This document shows, piece by piece, positions 17,978 to 26,116 of a stretch of 32,820 nucleotides of DNA (position 1 is its first letter; each line of letters starts with the position of its first letter). The DNA is from Anaerolineales bacterium (lineage in GTDB: Bacteria; Chloroflexota; Anaerolineae; Anaerolineales; RBG-16-64-43), in the NCBI GenBank assembly GCA_046260075.1, contig JBJYXS010000338.1:1-32820 (forward strand). The letters run 5' to 3'. The position numbers and the translations under genes were made by a program. Below the pieces are notes generated by a model. It was not told where the DNA came from, did no database searches, and saw only the letters and a list, made by a program, of their open reading frames with translations.

Positions 17978-18424
17978 TCACGCGCCGACGGCTTTCAATG
18001 CCTCTGCGACGCTTTCCTCCGGATCGATGCGGATTCGGATATCCGCCAAGTTGCCGTGCTCGTCGATCACAAAGTGGCTGCGGATCAGGCGGAGCCCGCT
18101 CCAGGCGCCGTAGGATTTCGCGACGCTGTGATCCGAATCCGCCAGGAGCAGAAACGGAAGGCCGTGTCGGGTTTTGAACCTCCGGTGGGATTCGACCCCG
18201 TCCGGGCTGATTCCCAGGACGACCGCGTTGCGTTCCGTTATCTCCGGATAGTGATCGCGGAATCCGCAGGCTTGGGTGGTGCAGCCGGGGGTGTCGTCCT
18301 TGGGGTAGAAGTACAGGATCACGCGCCGGCCGCGGAACTCCGAAAGGGTCACCGCCTTTCCGGAGTCGCCGGGCAATACGAAATCCGGTGCCGGATCTCC
18401 GATGGAGAGGGGTTTGGTGTTCAT
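17978..18424 (-). CDS. bcp: Thiol peroxidase / peroxiredoxin, Bcp type
   Basis: The start is set at [15 protein letters not shown] (ATG 18424), with AGGAGA 5 nt upstream. [16 protein letters not shown] is the Bcp/PrxQ active-site block. Confidence 0.9.
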   Translation of the reverse strand: MNTKPLSIGDPAPDFVLPGDSGKAVTLSEFRGRRVILYFYPKDDTPGCTTQACGFRDHYPEITERNAVVLGISPDGVESHRRFKTRHGLPFLLLADSDHSVAKSYGAWSGLRLIRSHFVIDEHGNLADIRIRIDPEESVAEALKAVGA

Positions 18425-18689
18425 GGCATTCTCCTGGGAATGGAAGGTGTCCGCGGGATGCGACGGATACGCCTTGCCGGAAGGAAACGACCTCCGACGT
18501 GCAGGCAATGGGGGCCGATGCGTTTCCTCTTATATATATACATCCAAATGAAGAGTTCCGATTTGGAGGATGCTGTCCGGTTTTGTAAAACAGGATATTT
18601 TTTCGGTTGGACGGGAAAGGACTTATCAATAATTAATCCGCCGGCGCGCCCAACCCGGCCCCATGCCGTCTCTGCTTTGCGATGCGTTT

Positions 18690-18740
18690 CCCTTTTTCCC
18701 TCCTCGAATCCGTGCAGCGGATACGAGGAGGGAAAAAGGG
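18690..18740. repeat. Homopyrimidine/homopurine palindromic hairpin, copy iii (perfect 17-bp outer stem)
   Basis: The outer stem pairs CCCTTTTTCCCTCCTCG (18690-18706) with CGAGGAGGGAAAAAGGG (18724-18740). The inner stem pairs ATCCG (18708-18712) with CGGAT (18718-18722). It lies 8 nt beyond the DinB stop. Confidence 0.75.
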
Positions 18741-18748
18741 AGGGGTCG

Positions 18749-19255
18749 TTATGCCGCCCGATACGGCGCTTCCTCGTCGATGTTGCCCACGAATTGCGGC
18801 AAGTCCGTGTGTCCAAGCGCCTGGCGGATCCCCAGGTTCTCGCCGTTGTGGTACCAATAATGGTAGATCACGCGCAACAGAAGATTGCCGATCCTGTACC
18901 GCCCGAATCCCTCGCCCCGGTCGAGTTCGGCCTTCATATCGCTCTCGGAAAGCCCGTCCAGCCACGGGTCAACCGCTTCGGTGACGGCCTTCCAGGCCTT
19001 CTGCACCCTCCCGAACTCCGGCGTGCTGGCCGGCGCTCCATAGGCAAATTCCACGTCCACGTCCGGAAACAGAATTCTCTTCTGCCCGCCGAAGAGGAAG
19101 CATTTCTGTTCCTGCCATGCCAGATGCCCGACGTTCCAGCTGATGCAGTTCATCGGCGGCAGCCGCCGTTGGGCGTCGGCCGCCGACAGCCCGGTCAACC
19201 CCCGTTGAAATTCCTTCCGTGCAAACCGTAATTGGGTTACCAATGGATGAGTCAT
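18749..19255 (-). CDS. DinB-family (DinB/YfiT-like four-helix bundle) protein
   Basis: 168-aa ORF. The blocks NCISWNVGHLAWQEQ and VIYHYWYHNGEN carry the spaced His residues typical of DinB-like metal-binding bundles. AAAGGA lies upstream of the ATG. Confidence 0.8.
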   Translation of the reverse strand: MTHPLVTQLRFARKEFQRGLTGLSAADAQRRLPPMNCISWNVGHLAWQEQKCFLFGGQKRILFPDVDVEFAYGAPASTPEFGRVQKAWKAVTEAVDPWLDGLSESDMKAELDRGEGFGRYRIGNLLLRVIYHYWYHNGENLGIRQALGHTDLPQFVGNIDEEAPYRAA

Positions 19256-19598
19256 CGTTGTCCTTTCGGACCGCCGGGGCGATCCTCACAGATATTGAGA
19301 TCACCGGATTATAGATCGAAGGACATCAGCCCGTCAGGGGGATTTCCAGAGTCGGGCAGCCCGCATCCGTGCCGCGCGGTACATACGAACGATCCACGGT
19401 CACGGCATCTTTACCGCTGGTACTTTCGGTCATCGGCCGCGAGCGGACAGGACGAATGGCCCTCCCCGTTGGTACTACCGGTTCCGCGGAATTTTCAAAT
19501 CCGGACCAATGTATGGGAGAAGAAGTGACATTCGTCGCGACGTTTCGCATTACCATAAGATCACACGGCGGAAACGGCCGCCGGTCGAAGGTTTTCGC

Positions 19599-20675
19599 AT
19601 GCCCTCCGTTTCCGGATATCGCAGGATCCCGCTCCTCGCAGCCGCTGCTCTCGCGATAGGTTGTTCGTCCGTGAGCGGTGCGGTTTCGGGCGCCTTCCGC
19701 CAGCAGGCCGTCGATGATCTCAACGCCTTTCTCCCGCCGTCGAAGACGCCGTTTCAGCCGGATCTCGACTCTGCAATGATGTTCTCTGCGCCGATTCCCT
19801 CCGCATACCCGCCGGCGGATACGGCCGCGCCGGCCGTTACCATCCGGATCACCGTCACCGAATCTCCGGCCGCCACGCCGACGCCGACGGAGACGCCGAC
19901 GATGACGGTGACCGTGACACTGACTCTCCTTCCTTCGGTAACCATTCCGCCCTACCTTTCGCCCACGGTCACCAAAACCAAACTGCCGTACAAAAAGCCG
20001 ACCGCCACCGCAAGCCCGAAGACGGAAGTTCAAATAACGGCCACCGCCACGCCCCTTCCGACCTACACCGCGACGCCGCTGCCCAGCGAGACTCCCACGG
20101 CAACATCGGATCCGTGCAGTCCGACGCCGTCGGCAACCCTTTCGGGCAGCGAGACGGCAACGCCTACCCGCACCATCACCTCCACGCCGACGATCACCGC
20201 CACGCCGACCGAAGTCCCGACGGTGACGCAAACGCCCTTGCCGTCGGCCACCCCTACGCCCGCTCCGACCACGATGGGATGCGCAACGTTCAACTTCGAA
20301 TGGGAAGCCGAGGTGGCTGTGATGCTCAACGAGGAGCGCGCCAAATACGGGAAGTATCCCTTGATCATGAACGACAAATTGACTCAATCCGCGCGCGCCC
20401 ACAGCGTCGACATGGTGGTCAACAAATTCATGTCCCACACCGGATCGGACGGTTCGACGGTGCAGGAGCGGGAACGCAGAGTGGGATATTACGGACGGTA
20501 TTGGGGCGAGATCATCGGCGGCGGCACGCCGACGATTTCGGTGACGTGGTGGATGAACGAGCCCGGACACCGGGACATGGTCCTGGGCACGAATTGGCCG
20601 TATGTGGATTACGGCGTCGGGTATGCCTATTGCCCGGGGCAGGGATGGTTTACGGTGGATTTCGGAGCCCCGTGA
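19599..20675 (+). CDS. CAP/SCP/PR-1-like domain lipoprotein with a long Thr/Pro-rich linker (paralog 1)
   Basis: The start is set at MPSVSGYRRIPLLAAAALAIGCSS, which carries a lipobox. About 190 aa of T/P-rich linker follow. The C-terminal domain reads EAEVAVMLNEERAKYG...LTQSARAHSVDMVVNKFMSHTGSDG...WMNEPGHRDMVLG, the CAP-domain pattern. Confidence 0.85.
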   Translation: MPSVSGYRRIPLLAAAALAIGCSSVSGAVSGAFRQQAVDDLNAFLPPSKTPFQPDLDSAMMFSAPIPSAYPPADTAAPAVTIRITVTESPAATPTPTETPTMTVTVTLTLLPSVTIPPYLSPTVTKTKLPYKKPTATASPKTEVQITATATPLPTYTATPLPSETPTATSDPCSPTPSATLSGSETATPTRTITSTPTITATPTEVPTVTQTPLPSATPTPAPTTMGCATFNFEWEAEVAVMLNEERAKYGKYPLIMNDKLTQSARAHSVDMVVNKFMSHTGSDGSTVQERERRVGYYGRYWGEIIGGGTPTISVTWWMNEPGHRDMVLGTNWPYVDYGVGYAYCPGQGWFTVDFGAP

Positions 20676-20887
20676 CGGCGACGGCCGGGCCGAAGGAGCC
20701 GTTGTAGTACGAAAGATGGATGCCGCCGGCCGAACTGGTACTTTCGATGTGACCCATTGGTCCCGACGGCACTTCGAATCGAACCGGAACAAGACGAATG
20801 TAAGGGAAGGAAGGCACCTTTACCGATCGGTTTCCGCATACAATGAAGGTACGGAAGAGATTCCCGTCCGGATAACAGGAGGCAAAC

Positions 20888-21862
20888 GTGGTACGCAATG
20901 GAAGGCTGCGCGGTGTGATCGTATCGCTTTCCACCGTGCTGGCCGTCGGTTGTACGGGGGCGGTCGGCTCAATTCCTGCGGCGCGGCAGCATCAAGAGGC
21001 CGTTGAGGATTTTAGCGCCTTCCTCCCGCCTTCCCATACGCCGTTCCTTCCGATATTCGCCACGCGGACCCCGACGGATTTTCCCGCCGCCGCATCGTCG
21101 CCGACCGTTGAGGTGACGAAAACGCCCGAGTTCACGATCGTGGAAATAATGACCGAAACGGACACGCCGACGGAGACATTTACCGTGATCATCCTCCCGT
21201 CGGTGACGCCCACATCGGTCGCCCCTGTTCTTCCCTCCCCGACAAAGACGTATGTCCCGAAGGTATATCCGACCGTCACGCGAACCAGCAAACCGGTGGT
21301 TCCCTACTACTCGCCGACCATCACGCTGACGGCAACGCCCGAAACCCCAAGCGCCACTCCGACGGAAACGCTTTCGCCGACCGCGTCCCCGACTCTTTCG
21401 GGAAGCGAAACCGCCACGCCGACCTTCACCGAAACGCCTCTCCCGACGAACACACCGTCGCCGACCCATACACACACCGCAACCGCCGAAGGCGAATACA
21501 ACTTCCCGGGCTGCACGTGGATATTAAATGAGGATTTCGAGCAACAGATCTACCAGCGCATCAACCAGGCCCGTGCCGACGAGGGATTGTGGTCGCTCTC
21601 CTGGTACGGCCCGCTGGCCTACGGCGCCCGGTACCACAGCATCGACATGGGCTGCAACCGGTATTTCGCCCATACCGGCGGCGTGTACGAGAACATCCTG
21701 GGCGGGTATAACACGGTGGAACAGGCGTGGAATTGGTGGTGGAACAGCAAGCCGCACCACGACAACATCCTCGGCCGGTATTATTACAAGTGCGGGGTCG
21801 GATACGCAAACGTGATCGGTTCGCCCTACCGGTATTATTGGACGATCCAGTTCAGCCGCTGA
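20888..21862 (+). CDS. CAP/SCP/PR-1-like domain lipoprotein with a Thr/Pro-rich linker (paralog 2)
   Basis: The start is a GTG with AGGAGG (20877-20882) 5 nt upstream. It has an LAVGCTG lipobox, a T/P-rich linker, and a C-terminal domain reading QQIYQRINQARADEG...GARYHSIDMGCNRYFAHTG...WWNSKPHHDNILG. Confidence 0.85.
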   Translation: MVRNGRLRGVIVSLSTVLAVGCTGAVGSIPAARQHQEAVEDFSAFLPPSHTPFLPIFATRTPTDFPAAASSPTVEVTKTPEFTIVEIMTETDTPTETFTVIILPSVTPTSVAPVLPSPTKTYVPKVYPTVTRTSKPVVPYYSPTITLTATPETPSATPTETLSPTASPTLSGSETATPTFTETPLPTNTPSPTHTHTATAEGEYNFPGCTWILNEDFEQQIYQRINQARADEGLWSLSWYGPLAYGARYHSIDMGCNRYFAHTGGVYENILGGYNTVEQAWNWWWNSKPHHDNILGRYYYKCGVGYANVIGSPYRYYWTIQFSR

Positions 21863-21886
21863 GGAAAAACTGACCGGCAAGGCCGT

Positions 21887-22780
21887 CTACCCTCCGGCCG
21901 GGGATCCTCCCGGGCCGGACCAGGTGACGATGTATTCCATCCGATCGTCCGCGCGGCCGATCGGCCCTTCGCGGACGGCCCATTCCCCGCGCATTCCCTT
22001 TTCCGCAGCGGAGAGTTCGAAGTGGCACATGGCGATGCCCATGTCGATTTGCTGCAGATCGGCCAGGCGCAGGATGCGCTGGAAGAACCCCTTGCGGTAT
22101 CCCGGAGTCCGCTGCAGATGGAAATGCCAGTCGTTGCCCGTCCGCAGAATCCGCCAGGGTTGATTATTCGATGCGGACGGGCCCAGGCGGACCATTTCCA
22201 AGGGCTGCGCGTACATGCCGGCCGCCTCGGGGGAGAGCGGCGTGGAAAACGAACCGTCGAAAAACAATTTTTCCCAAGGCAACCGGCGCGCCGAGCCGGC
22301 TATGGCGCGGATCGGCCCGCGTTTTGCCCGCTCCGGATCCGCCGCCATGCGTCCGGTGGCAACCACCGCCGGGAGTTCCTCCTCCGGGGCAAGGGAGATC
22401 TTGCCGGCGAATGTGCTGTGGGTGAACGTCCCGCCCAGCCAGCAACTTCCCAAACCCAGGTCGGTTGCCAGCAGGACCAATTCCTCCATGCGGTAGCCGA
22501 AATCCGCCAGGCATTTCTCGGACGGCCGGACGGCGCCGATGAGAAACCCGGTTGCCCCGCGGATGAATCCGTAGGTGCCCAATCCTCTCAGGGAATCGGT
22601 ATCCTCTTCGGATGCGGCGATCAGGCGGAAACGCATCCGCCCGCCCAACGGCCCGCAAACAGCCGCCGCCATGGCCTTCTCGATCCGGCGCCGTTCCCCG
22701 GCCCCGATCGGTTCAGGGGCGTACGTCCGGCAGGAAAAGCGCTGCGGGATGAGCCGGGATGCGGGTTGGCGGTATGGCAT
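21887..22780 (-). CDS. Nitroreductase-family protein
   Basis: The start is set at MPYRQPASRLIPQRFSCRTY (ATG 22780). The upstream 66 aa of the track ORF are translated repeat sequence. Family-typical blocks are RFSCRTY, LGLGSCWLGG and GPSASNNQPWR. Confidence 0.85.
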   Translation of the reverse strand: MPYRQPASRLIPQRFSCRTYAPEPIGAGERRRIEKAMAAAVCGPLGGRMRFRLIAASEEDTDSLRGLGTYGFIRGATGFLIGAVRPSEKCLADFGYRMEELVLLATDLGLGSCWLGGTFTHSTFAGKISLAPEEELPAVVATGRMAADPERAKRGPIRAIAGSARRLPWEKLFFDGSFSTPLSPEAAGMYAQPLEMVRLGPSASNNQPWRILRTGNDWHFHLQRTPGYRKGFFQRILRLADLQQIDMGIAMCHFELSAAEKGMRGEWAVREGPIGRADDRMEYIVTWSGPGGSPAGG

Positions 22781-22799
22781 CGGATGCGTCCTTTCGATT

Positions 22800-22968
22800 G
22801 TCATTGCGAGGGGGAGAAGACGGCGATCTTGCGGCTTCGCCCCCGAAGCAATCTCCCGGTCCACCGGGCGGAAGGTTTTGCGGGTTTCGGCGGATGGCCC
22901 CTGAAAGGCACCGGGATACACTTCGTCGGGATGCCGGCGAACCGCCGGCATCCCGACGAAACCATGAC
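22800..22968. repeat. Bipartite palindromic intergenic element of the GTCATTGCGAGG family, copy b
   Basis: Unit A is GTCATTGCGAGGGGGAGAAGACGGCGATCTTGCGGCTTCGCCCCCGAAGCAATCTC (22800-22855). Unit B holds a perfect 18-bp hairpin, TTCGTCGGGATGCCGGCG (22922-22939), AAC, CGCCGGCATCCCGACGAA (22943-22960), and ends in ACCATGAC. The element fills the gap between the GNAT stop and the nitroreductase start. Confidence 0.7.
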
Positions 22969-22974
22969 ATATGG

Positions 22975-23451
22975 TCACTTCCCCGCCGCCAGCGTTTTTT
23001 CCATCCTGATGTGCGGAATGGTCACCAGTGTGAATATTTCGGATACGGCCCGGTAGCCGAGTCGTTCGTAGAATCCGCGCGCGTACAGGCGCGCGTTCAG
23101 CGTCAGCTTGGAAATGTTCCTTTTTCGCGCGGATCGTTCCGCCCGTTCAACCAGCGCGGCGCCGATCCCCCGGCCGCGGTACGCCGGATCCACCGCCATC
23201 TGGCGCAGATCGGCTGTTCCGTCGCCCGGAACGGCCAGCAGGACGCAGCCGACGATTCGGCCGCCTTCATCCTCCGCCACCCAATGAATCTGGGCGTCTT
23301 CGCCGTTTATATCGCGTTCGGAAAGCGTCATCCCCAACGGCGTCCGCAACACCCGGTTGCGAAGATCCTTCTCGCCTTCGTATTCCGGATCTGCGGTGGT
23401 GATCCGCCGATACTGAATTGACAAGGAGCGCGGATTGTCGCCGGCTTTCAT
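22975..23451 (-). CDS. GNAT-family N-acetyltransferase
   Basis: 158-aa ORF with QMAVDPAYRGRGIGAALV (acetyl-CoA binding motif) and FYERLGY. Confidence 0.9.
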   Translation of the reverse strand: MKAGDNPRSLSIQYRRITTADPEYEGEKDLRNRVLRTPLGMTLSERDINGEDAQIHWVAEDEGGRIVGCVLLAVPGDGTADLRQMAVDPAYRGRGIGAALVERAERSARKRNISKLTLNARLYARGFYERLGYRAVSEIFTLVTIPHIRMEKTLAAGK

Positions 23452-23461
23452 GGCCGCTGTC

Positions 23462-25081
23462 TCAAGGGAAGGATTGCAGCAATATCATCGAGGAGATATC
23501 CACTGACATCAGTTTCGTGGCCGCGATAAACCAAACCGTCGTATCCTTCCAGGCGACGACCTCGGGTCCGAAGAAAGAATCGCCGGATATATCCAGATCA
23601 AGTGTTTCTTGTCCGATAGTGCTTCCGTCTGTCGGATCGATCGTGTCGAATGTGATCCGGTTGGGATTGGCCCGGAAAACAGCCAGACGGATCCGGCCGT
23701 CGATCAGCCGCCAGGTCCAGATCGACCGGTCGTCGTCCACGTGGGCGAAGGCGGCGTCCGGCGGATCGAGCGGTTCCGCATTCTCCATCATGTAGTCCCA
23801 TACGGTGGCGCCCGATTGCGGATCGATCCCGCGCAATCCGTATTGTTCGGTCCCGCGGGTGCGCTTGGTGCGGAGGATCAGAACGCCTTGTTCAAGGGCC
23901 AGCGGCACCAGTTCGTAGTCCTCGTCCTCCATCACCTTGCGCACCTGTCCGTCCGCCTTGGAGAGGGACCAAAGTATATCTTCGTCGGCGAAAAATAAAG
24001 TCTCCGCGGTGAACAGGGTGCGGTAATCCTGCGATGAAGAAAACCCGTCCTCCTCCACCGTCTGCCAGATACGCCCGCCGCCCGCGGCGTCTCTGCGTTC
24101 AATGCAGCTCGGGTGCCACCCGTAGAAAAGGTACAGCGACCGGTCCGTCGACGGGATCGAAGGGTCCGGGTCGAAAAGAAACATCGAGCTGGCGCTCAGC
24201 GTACTTGACGGATAGCCGTCCGGAAGCGAGCACCCGGGAACGATCCGTTGCTCGACGATCCCGTCCGCGAGGCCCAATTGGAAAAGGGCGGTATCCTCCT
24301 CCGTGTCGATCACCCATAGGCCGCCGTCGGCGATGACGAAACCATTGGTGTATCCGTCCATCCTGCGCTTCCAGGCGGATTCCCCGGTTTGGGAATCGAA
24401 CGCTTCGATCATGTAATCCTTAGTCAGAACGACCACCCGGCCGTCCGTAATGCTCAGACATTCTTCGCAATACCCCAGCTCGTCCGAAAGTTGGGCTTGC
24501 CATAGGGGCGTGCCGTCCGCGGAGTGATAGGCGTGCAGTTCCTCGCCTTCCACGGTGAAAAAAACCGAGCCTTCCACGGCGATTCGCTGCAGATCGGAAA
24601 TGCTCTCGAACGGCTTTCCGCGCCAGATCACTTTCCCTTCGAAGGGATTCACCCGCAGGAGTTGATAAATTTCTTTTCCGCGATCGTACGAAAAGACGAT
24701 GAAATCCGGGTCCCCCGGCGAATCCGTGGGCAGCAGCGCAGCCGGTCCATAAACGGCCGGTTCGAATCCCAACTGGATGGCTTGATCTGTGACGAGGACC
24801 ACCGTCAATACACCCAAACCGGCGACCAGGATTAATCCCAGCATAGTTGCCAGACCGCGGAACCCCTGAGCGCGCGCGGGGCTGGGGGAAAACGGCGGGG
24901 GCCATTCAGACGGCCGTTCCTTTACGGGGCGGTCTTTCAATTTGGCGGGTTGATCGGGCTGCAACGGCCGTTCCACAACGGAATTGCAAAATTGGCATCG
25001 CGTGGTGATCTCGCCGGCTCCGAACAGCAGCGGCGCTCCACAGGAGGGGCAGGCGACTTTGCGTAATTTCGGTTCGGCCAT
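23462..25081 (-). CDS. Membrane-anchored protein with an N-terminal zinc ribbon, one TM helix and a PQQ/BamB-like beta-propeller domain
   Basis: The zinc ribbon is CPSCGAPLLFGAGEITTRCQFCNS and the TM helix is LATMLGLILVAGLGVLTVVLV. Repeated G.(V/I/L)W propeller-blade motifs follow (GKVIWRG, DGTPLWQA, GESAWKR, GRIWQT, GATVWDY). I prefer the ATG at 25081, because AAGGAGA (25088-25094) lies 6 nt upstream of it, over the track start at 25099. Confidence 0.8.
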   Translation of the reverse strand: MAEPKLRKVACPSCGAPLLFGAGEITTRCQFCNSVVERPLQPDQPAKLKDRPVKERPSEWPPPFSPSPARAQGFRGLATMLGLILVAGLGVLTVVLVTDQAIQLGFEPAVYGPAALLPTDSPGDPDFIVFSYDRGKEIYQLLRVNPFEGKVIWRGKPFESISDLQRIAVEGSVFFTVEGEELHAYHSADGTPLWQAQLSDELGYCEECLSITDGRVVVLTKDYMIEAFDSQTGESAWKRRMDGYTNGFVIADGGLWVIDTEEDTALFQLGLADGIVEQRIVPGCSLPDGYPSSTLSASSMFLFDPDPSIPSTDRSLYLFYGWHPSCIERRDAAGGGRIWQTVEEDGFSSSQDYRTLFTAETLFFADEDILWSLSKADGQVRKVMEDEDYELVPLALEQGVLILRTKRTRGTEQYGLRGIDPQSGATVWDYMMENAEPLDPPDAAFAHVDDDRSIWTWRLIDGRIRLAVFRANPNRITFDTIDPTDGSTIGQETLDLDISGDSFFGPEVVAWKDTTVWFIAATKLMSVDISSMILLQSFP

Positions 25082-25193
25082 CGGGGGTCTCCTTGCCATT
25101 GGTTGGGTGTGATCTTATCACGGTGCACGAAGGTTACAAATATCCGCGGAGGGGATGGGGATGACCCCGTTTATCCCTTCCGGACTCTCGCCG

Positions 25194-26009
25194 TCAATTT
25201 TTATGGCGGTAGAAACCTGTCATCCGCATACCCGTCCGTTCGGATTCTGATCCGGCGCGAGCCGCCACATCCCGCCAGTAGGCGGAATCCGCAGCGCAGT
25301 GTTTGGCGGTTTCGGCGACCGACGGGTCGCGACGGGCGATCGCTTCCAGGGTCCGATTCCAGCTGCCCGCTGCCGTATTGATGGCCTCCACGGCAAAGGA
25401 GTCGGTGATGCCGTACAGCGCGTCGACGATCCGGCGGATGTCGGATAGACCGGGTATGTACGGGCTGATAAAGGCATAGGTGCGGATTCCGCGTTCGCGC
25501 AATGCCGCGAGTGCGGCCAGCCGCCGGGAAGGCGGCGCGGCGCGGGGTTCCAGCAGTTGCGCCCAGCCGTCGTCTGTTGTCCCAAGGCTGAGGCCGACGG
25601 TGGCGGCGGGCGCACACCCCAGCAGATCCGCATCCCGCAGCACCAAATCGGATTTGGTCAGGATTTCGACCGGCACCCCGTGCCGCGCCAATACTTCCAA
25701 TATCTTTCTTGTCAATCCGATCGTCCGTTCCGGCGGCTGGTAGGGATCGGTCACGCTGGAGAGCAACACGCACTCCGTCAGCGGCCGGCGCCGCCGCGTC
25801 AGCTGCCGTTCGAGGAGCTGGGGGGCGTTCGACTTGGCGTCGAGGAAGGATCCCCACGGTTCGGGATGATCGGTGAACCGTTTCATGAAGGCGGCATAGC
25901 AGTAGACGCAGCCGTGCACGCAGCCGGTGTACGGGTTGATCACATACTCGATGCCGGGCAGGCGGCTTTTTTGGAGGATGCCCTTGGCTTGGATTTCGCG
26001 AATGCCCAT
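25194..26009 (-). CDS. Radical SAM protein, SplB/COG1533-like (DNA-repair-photolyase-type family)
   Basis: The start is set at MGIREIQAKGIL (ATG 26009). The CxxxCxxC motif is in NPYTGCVHGCVYCYA. The overall length and the LLSSVTDPYQP block fit the COG1533 family as I remember it. Confidence 0.82.
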   Translation of the reverse strand: MGIREIQAKGILQKSRLPGIEYVINPYTGCVHGCVYCYAAFMKRFTDHPEPWGSFLDAKSNAPQLLERQLTRRRRPLTECVLLSSVTDPYQPPERTIGLTRKILEVLARHGVPVEILTKSDLVLRDADLLGCAPAATVGLSLGTTDDGWAQLLEPRAAPPSRRLAALAALRERGIRTYAFISPYIPGLSDIRRIVDALYGITDSFAVEAINTAAGSWNRTLEAIARRDPSVAETAKHCAADSAYWRDVAARAGSESERTGMRMTGFYRHKN

Positions 26010-26024
26010 TGATGAACCCTGTCT

Positions 26025-26066
26025 GTGATTGCGAGTGGATGGAAGACGGCGGATTTTCGTATGCGG
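26025..26066. repeat. Degenerate partial copy (c) of the GTCATTGCGAGG-family element
   Basis: GTGATTGCGAGTGGATGGAAGACGGCGGATTTTCG shares ATTGCGAG and the 10-mer GAAGACGGCG with copy b. It is intergenic, between the radical SAM start and the GH18 stop. Confidence 0.35.
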
Positions 26067-26116
26067 TTTGAGCGGATATTCCGGAGGGGTGGATCGTCCT
26101 TCCGCGGAGATCTTTC

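Noticed and set aside
18531-18541. (TA)5 microsatellite-like tract upstream of bcp
   Set aside because: It is short and single-copy, and probably just part of an AT-rich promoter region. There is no evidence for phase variation.
17903-19231. 442-aa plus-strand ORF and 291-aa minus-strand ORF 17754..18629
   Set aside because: They run through repeat elements and antisense to bcp and DinB. Segments such as [10 protein letters not shown] and LLAMTKE are translated repeat sequence.
19326-20792. 488-aa minus-strand ORF
   Set aside because: It is antisense to CAP paralog 1. It is dominated by RRRG/GRR repeats produced by reading the Thr/Pro-linker codons backwards.
24752-24775. GGTTCGAATCCC, a tRNA T-loop-like string
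   Set aside because: The flanking bases cannot form the 5-bp T-stem or an acceptor stem, and it lies inside the beta-propeller CDS. No tRNA is called anywhere in the window.
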